This document shows, one piece after another, positions 52,580 through 64,000 of a stretch of DNA of 64,000 nucleotides (positions are counted from its first letter, which is position 1; the number at the start of each line of letters is the position of its first letter). The notes beneath the pieces were generated by a model that did no database searches, was not told the DNA's origin, and was given only the letters and a program-made list of their open reading frames with translations. Source of the DNA: Antedon mediterranea. Taxonomy: Eukaryota; Animalia; Echinodermata. The stretch lies in assembly GCF_964355755.1 (NCBI RefSeq), contig NC_092672.1, forward strand, positions 26,852,437 through 26,916,436, given 5' to 3'. The position numbers and the translations under genes were made by a program.

Positions 52580-52800
52580 ATGTTGCGTGGCCGAGTGGTT
52601 TATGCCAGGGGTGCCACAAACCACAGCCATAAAATGGCAGAGATCCAAGACACGTACTCTTCAACCATATTTTTTTTTTGTGCTAGAAGTCTCCTCGGAT
52701 AAGGACTTAAAACTTTAGGTCCAGTGTACACATCTGGCTCATGTGCACTTTAAAGAACCTATCATCGATGGTATCTCAACACGAGTGTCCCAGGATAGGA
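52580..52800 (+). mobile_element. tRNA-derived SINE remnant just after the KY-like stop
   Basis: A-box-like GTGGCCGAGTGGTT followed by a SINE-type body (CTCGGATAAGGACTTAAAAC...ATGTGCACTTTAAAGAACC). A related reverse fragment lies at about 6035-6055. Confidence 0.55.
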
Positions 52801-53805
52801 TATGAAAGTTGTTTTATGTGACATAATCCACTGCTCTTTGAGATAATTGTGTGTAGCTTGTTATAAATATGAATCATGAATGAATCTATTATGAATACCA
52901 ATATTTTCACCAGCAATAGAAGGGGTAAGGTAAAGTCAAAACCTAAGCTAATGCTAACGGCCGTGGTGCCCATCTCCATTTCCTTAGCGTTTGTGCCAGA
53001 CTCCACTAAAATGTTTGTGGGGGGTACGCCACTCCTCCTGCACAAACAAGTCTGATTTACCTTCCCAGTACTTTTTACATACCGGTACCCAAGGGGTAAT
53101 ATAAGTACTAATTTTGTTTTGTGATATTGAATTTTTGTAATTAAGTTGTACGTAGTAAACTTCGTTCTAAGAGTGTGAGAGATAATTATTTTGCCTATTT
53201 CACAGGCAACTAGGAAATCCAAAATAATGCTACAGTGAATAATGTATGCAATAGTTTATTTAGATCATACCATTTCATAATAGTGTATTCATAATAGGGT
53301 ATTTATGAGGGTGATTATTATACATGCATTGTCTAGGTGTAAATCAATTGTGTTGCGTAGCACTGTGTAAATTATATATAAATCGTACTGTAAATTATAG
53401 AAACAGTGCTCATATTCGGAACATGATCTCATAATTGTGTCGAGCATAGCTCATTGGCGAAAGATCCATATTTTTCAGTTGTATGAAAAAATGTCTCTGG
53501 CGGGATTCGAAACCGCAACTTCTCGCTTACAGGGCAAGTATCCTACCACTAATCAGTAAGATGGATGGGTATGTAATGATGTCTACATCTCAGAAATCTT
53601 AATTATTGAATTGAAATAATAATAACCCTATAAAATGGTATGAACTATTGGCATTATTTCACACATACGTGTATATTGTTTATAAGAAATGTTTGAAATA
53701 ACCTTGATTGACAGTGCAGTACTATTTAAAAATGATATTTATACGCTTTTTAAAATAGAGACAATTTAATATAATGCAATTATTAATTTATACACTATTT
53801 GTTAA

Positions 53806-54152
53806 AGATGTATTGTCCCCCAAAAACATGAAAAATGAAGATTAATTAAATCAAACTTTGAATAGGTTATTTTGTAGTTTTAATAAAGTGAATCACTTCC
53901 GCAGAAAAAAAAAACGGAAAAAAATAATGTTTTTACTTATAAAATAACATGATAAATGGTTAAATTCAACCAAAAATCCATTGGCTGGCAGCCAATTTGA
54001 TCATTTTTTGCTTTAAATTCCAGTTTTTTCAGGAAAATAAATTTTTTTTTTGATCCAATTTTTGATCAAAGTCAATAACTTTTATGTGACATTAAAATGG
54101 CATATTCAACAACAAAAATTGTAAAAATTATTTTCAGGGGGACAATACATCT
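53806..54152. mobile_element. Kolobok-like MITE
   Basis: TTAA|AGATGTATTGTCCCC...GGGGACAATACATCT; related to 10944-11231. Confidence 0.75.
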
Positions 54153-55539
54153 ATGCTATATGAATCATACATATCCAATTTTACGATCTATCGGACAAGT
54201 TTGACTAGTTCATAAGCGAACAGGTAATGTGATGTGACACCGATCATTTTACTAATTTTTTTTTTGTTTTGTAGAGATTTCACCCATATTCATTTCTCTA
54301 CTTTCCAAATATTTATACAGGTGTATATAACTTTTTCTTATACATAAATTATGACAATATGTTATACTCTAAACATTATGTTTTTAGCATATATTTCACT
54401 TTCTTCTTACACAAACATAATTATATCTGTCTAATGGTAATATATTTGTGTACACATTAAATTATGTATAAATATAACATACAAATATAATTCCTTTGTA
54501 TGTAATTGTTTCAAAATAACTAAGTATTTAAACACTAATAGTTACAACCAAATGATTATAATTGTTAAATTAATAGCAATTTCTCACCAATAACTTGGAC
54601 ATAATATTATAATTATCAATATGTTATACTTTAAATACTATATTTATCGCATTTTTTACCATTTTCTTCTTACCAATTATATAATGCATTATGGTAGACT
54701 AATCGATCATTGTTGTGAAAAATTAATTAATTATATAATACAATGGTATAGGAACAAAATCATGTTATTTTAATGTATGTAATAAACTTTTTTATGCCAA
54801 ATGATGAAGTTAATATTATGAATACTTTTTACATTTAAAATAGGCAATATGGAATAAATATCCTTAATTTTAATTACATCTTATAATAAAATTTCTGTGA
54901 ATAACTGTGCAATTGTAAAATTGTGGAATAAAATACTGGTTCCCTGTACTATTGTGATCCTTTATTGATAGATGGTCATCTTTTTTAGAAAATAAACGCC
55001 TCACTTTGAATAAAAACTCGAAACGCCCCATATATATTGGCTGGCGTATTTGTGCGGTTGATATCTACTACAAATATCAATTATTAATACTTTTCCAATC
55101 AAAGAACACTTTTTTATTCGTTCCAATTTATTTCTGTTGGATCTTTGTCTCCTTTTGACATTAAAAGATAATTAATACATATTATAGATATAAAATAACT
55201 CCTCTGCGTTGAGAGGTAGATAACTAATATTACTATGAACACGTACGTACATATTAAATAAATATTACGTACGTACGTATTAATCAACACGTGCGTTAAT
55301 ATTAACACGTTTAATATGTACGTACGTGTTAATAGTATAGTACGTACTTACGTATACCCTAGGGCTTGTAAACATTGGAATGAATTACCACACAACATAT
55401 TGGACTTTGTTAACATTTCTCTTAAAAAACACTTCTGCAGATAATGGACAATGAAATCATTGTCTACAGTAGTGTGATGTAGTATTCCTGCTTTATTGGA
55501 GTATAATGATCCACAGGTCCAGATCCACATCAAAATGTA

Positions 55540-55685
55540 GGCGTCGCCATGTTCAGCCAATCATCTGATATATCGATATGACGCTGCATTATTTCGGTGA
55601 TTCCCCTAAATGAAATTCGAGGTCAGTAAAAAGAAATGTGTACTGGTAGTCACAGTGTATCAAGTTAAAAAGTCTCAAAACTCAG
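55540..55685 (+). promoter_or_regulatory. Probable promoter and 5' UTR exon of the DAO-family gene
   Basis: CpG-containing patch with CCAAT (about 55557), ending in donor CTCAG|GTAACG after 55685. The acceptor at 59093-59094 precedes the ATG. Confidence 0.45.
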
Positions 55686-55975
55686 GTAACGTTTTTGTTC
55701 AAATACTGATTTACTACTCTAATAAATAGGACGGTTTAGCCATAATATGGAAGTAGGCATTTATAATAGGCCTCTAGGAGGCCTAGGCCTAGGCCTAATA
55801 GATAGTAGGCCCTACCTTTCTTTACCTCTCTCCTATCCTACTACTAACTAGCCTAGCCCTCTAGCATAGTTTAGTAGGCTAAGAGCTAGAACAGGGAGTT
55901 GCAACTCCATGGCTAGACTTAGTTTGGAACTTGCTTGCCTAGCCTATACCACAAATTAGGTCCCTATAAGCAGGC

Positions 55976-57406
55976 GGCGCTAATGCAGTTTCGTACCCAC
56001 CCCTTAAAATTACTCAAAATGATTTCAATACTTCATCTAGCCTACTCACGAGTTGTCTACAGCATTCAGCAAGCATAAAATGGTAAAATATCGATAATTT
56101 CTTATTTATAACTATTTTTAATCAATTAATAATTGAGCACCCTTCAGAAATCCATCGCCAGCTTAGCTTCGCGAAAATCATCGCTAGGCCTGCCGATGAA
56201 AGTACGGAGGCCTCATAGGGCATCGATCTATAGAGGACGCTGTTATATGATCATATTATGGCGATAATAAAATATTTTTTACATGTTCCTCGTGAAACGG
56301 ATTTTAAGTTTTTTTCATAAAGAAATATTTTGTGTTTAATTATGTTGAATTCTATTTATTTTGAATGTTGTGTGTTATTGTCTTGTCAAATTATATTTTT
56401 TGTAAGGGTCCCTAATGATCAGCTTCGGCTGGATGGACCACCCTCATAAAATATTGTTGAAATAAATTAATGAATAGACATGAAATGATGTATTCAGTGT
56501 CAGCAGAAGTAAAATAAATTCTAGTAATTGATGGAAAACATTTTTATTATAATTATTATTGTATTACTGTACATTACATTTCAATAAATTATATCTTTCT
56601 GTTTTTGTTGCATTTCCTATTTCCATGTATTTGAAGAGGTCTTTCATAGGTGAATAAAAAATGTTAATTAATAATAATATACTTCTATAAAATCTTAAAA
56701 CAGGGAAACCCATTAGCGTTTCTAGTATAGCTAGTGATAACAAATACTAAAACAATTAATTCGTAATAGCTTGATTATTGTGTTATAACATTAACAATGT
56801 AACTCAGGAATGAAGTACTGTAATTCTTTTTATTCATTTCATTTATTTATTTGACCTAAACCATAATGTAAAATAAACTAAAACAGAGGAAAATTGGTCA
56901 GTACTTATATCTTCAAGAGTCAGCAGTTCCATATTTATCTTCTTTTCTGTGTGAAATTCTACTAGTAAAATGAAAGAACAAATTAAAAACATAACATAAT
57001 TATGATGATACCCACAATGATGAATACAGCAATTGTATAGTATTTCTTTTCTTTATTAAAAATACGAAACGCATGTCGGAAATAATGAAAATTATAATTA
57101 TTTGTTGCGTGCTTTAAACGTTAGTAACTACGCCCTCTATAGAACGCAACTGTTTACTCTATAGAGTTAATGTCCTGTGAGGCCTCCGTACTTTTATGGG
57201 CAGGCCTAGCGATGATTTTCGCGAAGCTAAGCTGGCGATGTATTTCCGAAGGGTGCTCAGTATTAATTGATTAAAAATAGTTTTAAATAAAAAATTATCG
57301 ATTTTTTACACTTTTATGATTGCAGAATGTTGTAGACAACTCGTGAGTAGGTTGGATGAAGATTTTGAGTAATTTTAAGGGGTGGGTACGAAACTGCATT
57401 AGCGCC
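55976..57406. mobile_element. Merlin-like MITE with about 235-bp TIRs
   Basis: TIR GGCGCTAATGCAGTTTCGTACCCACCCCTTAAAATTACTC (related to the 8005 element); 9-bp TSD TAAGCAGGC (55967-55975, 57407-57415). Confidence 0.9.
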
Positions 57407-57474
57407 TAAGCAGGCCTACTGGGCCTAACCTAGGAGGTATAGGTAGTAGCAGGCAGTTGTAACACAATTCCATG

Positions 57475-58103
57475 GGTCACAGTGCATTTCGGCCGCCAAT
57501 CATTTCGGCCGCCAATCATTTCGGCCGCCGGTTATGGAACGACCAAATTCATGAAACTCCAAAAAGGACAAAATATGGCATGATCATTTCGGCCGCCAGG
57601 TATGGCGCGCCAAATTGAAATATCCAGAAATAACTGTACAGTATTACAGTGAAAAAAAAGTAACTTTATCAAGTCTATGGAACGCCGCAGAGAACTATGG
57701 TCATTTAAACTAGAGATCAGTTGTGCAATGGGCTAAATACATTTTGTTTTTGAAGTTATTTAAAGTTATATTAGTTACCGTATTTTACCGTCTGAATATT
57801 TTGGTCAATGTTTATTTTTGCGTTTAATGTTTAATGTGCACGCTATACTGTAAATATCGCTGCTGTTTCTGGAATTGAAGACCGCCGATTCGGCTTAATA
57901 CAGTATTTAGTAAAATATCAACATTTTAACACACATGGCGTGTCATACATATTCAAGAAATTTCGGCGGCCGAAATTAACAATACATATTTTGTCCTTTT
58001 TGGCGTTTCATGAATTTGGCAATTTCATAACCGGCGGCCGAAATGACTGGCGGCCGAAATGACTGGCGGCCGAAATGACTGGCGGCCGAAATGATCAGAC
58101 ACC
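57475..58103. mobile_element. Foldback (MULE-like) MITE with 16-bp subterminal tandem repeats
   Basis: Repeated CATTTCGGCCGCC units on the left, GGCGGCCGAAATGA(CT) units on the right; 8-bp TSD ATTCCATG (57467-57474, 58104-58111). Confidence 0.85.
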
Positions 58104-58619
58104 ATTCCATGGTAGTAGTATACCTAGGCTACATCACTATAGGTAGGCTGGGCTTATTCTATAATTAATATCTCCTTTTATAGTCTCTTTGGCCCCTCTT
58201 TGGTAAAAAAAAAGAAGATAAATCCCTTCTATAAAATTGTTCACAACAAAAATGTCTTGCTCTTGAGTTTCGCTCATTTATATACATTGTTTGTGTACAG
58301 TATTTGTATTCTATTATATTCTTTTGCCTGCATGTCAACTGCAATTAAAAATAATTGCAGTATAATAGCAGCTGTGCCCTTTACAATGTTATCGGTTGTG
58401 TTTGAAATTGATCTCATTTATTATGTTGATTGATTATAAATAGTTTTTTATTTTTGATTGACAATGACATTAAGCTTCTTGGTTTTTTATATGAAGAGCC
58501 ATTAGTTATCCATTTGCATTTGATCATATCTATTGCCGTCAAGTTACCTGCCACTCAAAGAATATTTATACTTCCCAATAAAATAGATTACTAAGTGCAA
58601 ATGGAGATACATAGTAAGA

Positions 58620-58942
58620 TCAAAAGTGTATCTACCAGCACTTCATAGTTCTTTTATTGCAACCAATATAATAAAAAGTGCAAATGATTACAAATGCGAC
58701 CATCTGTCACCTGATCTGCCTACTGTTACAGCACTTAACATAAATATAACATTAACAAGGCATTTTTATTACAATACTGCCCAATACAAAAATACAAAAA
58801 AATGAATAATAATATAGTCAAAACTGTATCTACTAGCACTTCATAGATTTTTTTATTGCAACCAAATACCATCTGTCACCTAATGTGCCTACTGGTACAG
58901 CACTTAACAAAAATATAACAAAAACAAGGCATTTTATTACAA
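58620..58942 (+). repeat. Local tandem duplication (about 58620-58775 versus 58820-58942)
   Basis: Shared TGTATCTAC.AGCACTTCATAG...CCATCTGTCACCT...CAGCACTTAACA...AACAAGGCATTTT. Confidence 0.75.
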
Positions 58943-59103
58943 TCCAATCAGTCTTTATTTTTAGCACAGACATTTTCAAGAACCTTTTCTTATCACCAGA
59001 ACCAAAGTAGCCGAAAGTTCTTATATCATATTAACAACAGTATGTAAGTCTGGCAATAGCATAATAAAGTTTAGCATTTTTTTTTACTCTACAGTGTTTC
59101 AGT

Positions 59104-59588
59104 ATGTCTAGGCCTACAGCTAAGGTTGCAATTGTAGGTGGGGGGATAAATGGCTTTAGTTGCGGGGTAAACATCCTTCAATCAATACCAAATACTGAAG
59201 TTACAATCTTAGCCGAAGTGCTTCCACCAAATACAACCGGAGACAATGCTGCAGGCTTGATATTTCCATTTGCAATTAATGAAACTAAGATGGAATCAGT
59301 TTTGTAAGTACTCCGTTTCTTTTCCAAAGTTATCTGTTAGAAAATGTGATATTTCTGTCGAAAAATACATTTGTTTATTTTTATTCTAAAGGCAAATTAC
59401 TGAAAAAATGACAGGGTTACAGTGAGTGTTTGTGCACTCTTTGTGTTCATAATTAGTGTACCATGTCCCGCATACCTAGCTCAGCCTATATATTGTGCCA
59501 GTTCTGCGGTACATTTCATTTCGAAACCTGAGCTGCACTGACGAGATCTAATAAGATCGAAACAGTACTGTCTGCAGATTGGATATAT

Positions 59589-59632
<44 letters not shown>

Positions 59633-62600
59633 CATTCCTGATTAATTTTACTTTTATTTTAGAAAATGGGTTAAGGAGACGATTGCATTCTGCAATCAAT
59701 TGTCATTGACAGGTGACGCAGCTGAAGCAGGAATTTTTCCACAATCGGGATTCTATGTTGTAGATGATGATGATGTGAGTTAAACATTTTTGTCACAATG
59801 TCAAGCAAACTGCTTAGTTCTGAAATCTCTTGAATGCAATAGATTTTAACATTACAAACATATTTTTTGTGGCTGCGCAACAGCCAAAAATCACAAACAA
59901 ATGGCCTTCTTCCATTTGTTTCGTCAAAACTACTGATTGGTTTTCTTTGGGGCACACATTAAACTCTACATAATTTTATATTCTTTAAATCTAATCACAG
60001 TTTGAGCTCATAGTATTTTGAAGTTTCCACATACAAAAGTTTTTTGTAGAGTCGAGTCTGTAAAATTTACAGCATGTAATACATGACTTGTCTTTTAAGG
60101 CAAGCGAGTGTGATCACTCACCTAACATACTCCTAAAATGCCCTTGAGGAGTGCGATTTACAACATGCTTAAATGTGGTTAACTTCTACACACCAAAATA
60201 CAAACAGCATACCTACAGCACCCCTGAATGTATAGAGGAGTGCAATTTGTAGCACACCTATAATTTTCAAAAGACACTTAGCCTGGTAATAGCTATTTTT
60301 CTTCAATTTTTTTACATATTATTTTTTGTCTTTAAAAATATATTTTCTTTACCCATTAATATCATATAGGCTATAACAATTTTAAAGAATTACTTTTAAA
60401 GTATTTTATTTATTTTGTTTAATATTTATAGAATGCTTTGCAATATAAAGACATACTTCTTACTTTCGATGTTATAAGTGCAGAAAATATGAAAGTTATA
60501 ATGCCGTCAATAAACAGGTGAGAAAAAGATATAAGATTACATTTAGATGAATAAATTAATGACTTTGATGAATTTCAACATTGTATTTCCACACCTCCAG
60601 ACTGTTTTAATGAATGTGTTAAAAATCACTCTTCAGTCATCTGGTTCTCCGAGTAAAGAATAACGTAAACAGCAATCAACAAGGAATTTATGTATACTAT
60701 TATAATAAGATCACCATCACATTAAGGCCATCATGTGAAGTTCCTAGTGATATCTCATCCACAAGTAAGCTCACCGGGAAGTATTATTACATTCATAGGT
60801 TATAACCCCACTCTGAGTTTATAAGCCCACTGTGATTTAAAAGCCCATCTTGACGTACGGTCACTCAGAGGTATTATACTTATTCTGAGGTAGTATAAGC
60901 CCTCCCAATTAGCAATTTGTGTGGAAGTACTAGTGTACAGTATGATGATCATAACACTTTTCTTTCATTAAATCACAGCAAAGCTGCTTTTGCAACCACA
61001 TATGTTATGGAAGGAGAACCATTTCTAGCATGGCTCAAAAAAAGGTAAGTTACCAGTATTCAGTTGTGAGACTCGGTATAGATTATCTTGCAGTTAATTG
61101 TGCTTGTTTAGTTTAAACACAATATTAAACTAAGAAATAGTGCTACACTACCAAACTACCAAGGTGCAATACCTCTATTAGGTACCAAGGTATGGTACCA
61201 CTATTAGGTACCAAGGTACGGTATATCACTGTTATGTACCGAGGTACAATATCACTATTAGGTACTGAGGTATGGTACCAATATTAGGTACCAAGTTACA
61301 GCACTACTACTAGATACAGAAGTACAGTGGCTCTATTAGATACCAAGGTATGGTACCACTATCAGGTACTGAGGTACAGACGTACCACTATTAGTATTAG
61401 GTGCCAAGGTATGGTACCACAAATTAGGTACCATGTACTGTACAGTACCACTATTAGGTACCAAGGTACGGTACCACTATTAGTTAATAAAGTATGGTAC
61501 CACTATTGCTAAGTACCAAACTATATTTCCATGCACTATTATGTGATTTACAGTCCATTGTTAAAAATTTTTTAACTCATGAAAACTCATTACTTATTAT
61601 TTGAATTTATTACTTTTGCAGGTTTAGGAGATATGGCGGTAATGTACAACAAGTCAAAATTCATTCACTTAGTGAGGTTAGTCTGAAATGTCACAATTAG
61701 TTAATTGTATTGATCTTGTTGATGATGATGCTATTGAAGGAGATATCTTTTTGAGAGGACATTTTCATGTGAAATAGTTTTAACATCAAGGCCGACTTGT
61801 ATTTCAGGAGACCCCCCTATTAACGTGGCCACTTGGTTTGTTCATGAGGGTGTCCTTGTTGTACTGTAATTAAATCTTAAAAATTGATTTGAACAAAATA
61901 ATCTTGCACAATAATGTTATCTAAGGAGACTTTTACAATATTTGTTTTTAAATATCATTGCTGGTTTTATCAAACTACACATTTTAATATTTTTGCTTTA
62001 AACCCACTCAATTTGACTAAAAAAATTGTATTTTGCCAGTTCTTCAAAATCACTATGATTTTTTGTACTATTTATTGAAGCTTTCTAGTAAGTATGATGT
62101 AATTGTTAACTGCACCGGTATGGGTGCCAAAGAGTTGGTGCCAGATAATGAAGTGTTCCCTGTACGAGGTCAAGTTATAAAGGTAAATTTACATATAATT
62201 TTATCATAATTTTACTTCTGCTGTGAGAATAGACCTATTTGTTGAAATTGTACCAAATACTCTCTATGTGTAGAGCACTTTCATGTTGGTGCATTAAACT
62301 TGCTGTTTTTTTTAACCTTAAATCTCATCCTAGCCACCAGCAAAAACTTGCAGGCTACTATCTGGAGGTCAGTGTTTGAGTTTCATCCAAAAATTACTTG
62401 TTCATTTTTTTGTAAATTGGTATAAAAAGATATTTAGTACAATTATGCTCCCTCAAAGTTACTCAATAGATGATGATGTTGTGTATGTTGTTTTTTTGTT
62501 GTTTTTTGGTGTAATATATGTTTTATTCTAAACCAATAGGTTAAAGCTCCCTTTATAAAACACTTCTTTATTGACCAGAGGAATGACTTAACTATGTCGT

Positions 62601-63694
62601 ATATAATTCCTACGTAAGTAAATATAACGTTACTAAACCACTTAGTATTTAACAAACATGCCTTTCGGTATCGCTGGACTAAAATTGAGCTTGTGGACTT
62701 TAAAAACACAGCCATGTATAGGCACTTATAGTATATTTTGAGGCTGGCATATGGTGTTTTATATATTGTAGTGTATTTCTGATGCTAAATACCATATTTT
62801 TAAAATACCATATTTATAACACTTAATATTCTGTAGACTACCAAGGAATTCCTTTTATAAGGTTACTGCTTTTCAAACTAAATTTCAGCTAATAGCGAAA
62901 GTGCTAGAAAATAGGGCTATAGACAATTTGGCCTGTCCTATGTAGCTAGGTAAAAAAGGAACAACCTTGCTAACGTTAATAATGAATATCTTTACAGATC
63001 TGAGACTGTAACAGTCGGTGGAACTGCTCAAAAAGGAAATTATAACGTGGACGTTGATTTTTCAGATAAGAAACGGATTATGGATGGTGCCTGTCGGATG
63101 ATTCCAAATTTGAAAGTAATAAGATCTAAATACAAATCTTCCTCCAATTTAAGACTTAAATAATAACTGATAAAATGAGTGAATAAATAAATAAGAGACC
63201 ACTTTTCCGAATGGGATAAACACATGATTTATCAAGCCTGAAGCCCAAAAGTGTGATCGAAGTATGATTTCAAGCAAAAAATAGTCAAATTTTGACTGCC
63301 AGCTAATATGGCTTTGGTTGCATTTAAACATTTATTTTGTCATTTTATAATTGAAAACATTATTTTTTTCGGTTTTTCTTTCCATGGAAGTGATTAACTT
63401 GTACACAACAAAATGGTCTATTTTATTAATCTTCATATTTTATGTTTTTGTGCACCTTTTTGGTTTGTATGGACCAATAATTTTTGGTAGAATCCTTACA
63501 AAAAACACTGATTTTCACCCATAAAGCCTTCAGAAACTATTAAACTATAGTCTATTAAAATAATAGTCGATCTTAAATCAAATATTATCATTTAGAATTG
63601 TACATATATACGAGACTGGGTTGGTTTACGTCCCGGAAGAAGGTCTGTAAGACTTGAGAAAGAAACAATGCATTTTAATGGGAAAAGAATTTCA
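59104..63694 (+). CDS. D-amino-acid oxidase / D-aspartate oxidase family flavoenzyme; last exon lies beyond the window
   Basis: Exons 59104-59303, 59663-59774, 60432-60517, 60979-61044, 61622-61676, 62081-62182, 62540-62613, 62998-63115, 63596-63694, phase-consistent. Motifs: [10 protein letters not shown] (FAD binding), [55 protein letters not shown]. The HNYGHGG exon is not in the window. Confidence 0.93.
59591..59630. repeat. (AT)n microsatellite
   Basis: About 20 AT units. Confidence 0.95.
61155..61520. repeat. About 26-bp minisatellite
   Basis: Units like GGTACCAAGGTATGGTACCACTATTA. Confidence 0.85.
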
Positions 63695-64000
63695 GTGAGT
63701 ATTTTTTGTTTTACACTGTATCATCAAATAGCACTACCCCAAACCCTTTTCCTCTATCTCCTCCTTAACTGCACAAACGATAATAGTATATGGCTATATC
63801 TGGTCAGAAATATTAATAGTATACAAACAAAATGAAAAACAAATAAAATCAGAATGATAAAGATGAGGGTATTTATTTACTTCAACCATCTTTAAATATC
63901 TATGAGAATGAGAAAAGACAGATCCACCTGAGATTTGAACACAGAACCTTCTACTTGATATACAGTCGTTCCAACAATTAGACCACTGGGGCTTTGATGG

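Noticed and set aside
52776-53222. 148-aa minus-strand ORF
   Set aside because: No recognisable motifs or splice support; overlaps repeat-like sequence.
53495-53552. tRNA-like segments here and at 4445-4515 and 63925-63990
   Set aside because: Only A/B-box remnants without a full cloverleaf; SINE-like debris, not tRNA genes.
57486-58095. Short regular repeats resembling a CRISPR array
   Set aside because: No unique spacers and no cas genes; they are subterminal repeats of a TSD-flanked foldback element in a eukaryote.
61155-61520. ORF 61327-61512 and the repeat array
   Set aside because: Intronic minisatellite; the ORF is a by-product of the repeat.

Overview
AT-rich, intron-rich animal genomic DNA. 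It is an invertebrate, probably a deuterostome such as an echinoderm (inference only). Four protein-coding units can be built by hand with consistent splice phases. (1) SMG8, an NMD factor, on the minus strand: 21 coding exons, 2087..23505, about 892 aa. Its last intron looks like a U12 (minor spliceosome) intron. (2) A head-to-head plus-strand gene, 28732..52565, about 1560 aa: an N-myristoylation-type start MGTGGS, nine exon-encoded helical repeats, then a hillarin/KY transglutaminase-like domain lacking the catalytic Cys, plus Ig-like domains. (3) An intronless Mab21/cGAS-like receptor ORF (38370..40370) with intact NTase motifs. It lies on the same strand inside an intron of gene 2 and has an in-frame acceptor that could make it an alternative terminal exon. 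(4) A D-amino-acid/D-aspartate oxidase family gene from 59104, running off the window. Introns hold many non-autonomous DNA transposons with readable TIRs and TSDs (Merlin-, P-, MULE-, Kolobok-, Harbinger- and hAT-like), LINE fragments, tRNA-derived SINE remnants and minisatellites. Gene models come from sequence reading and remembered family motifs only; no transcript or database evidence was available.
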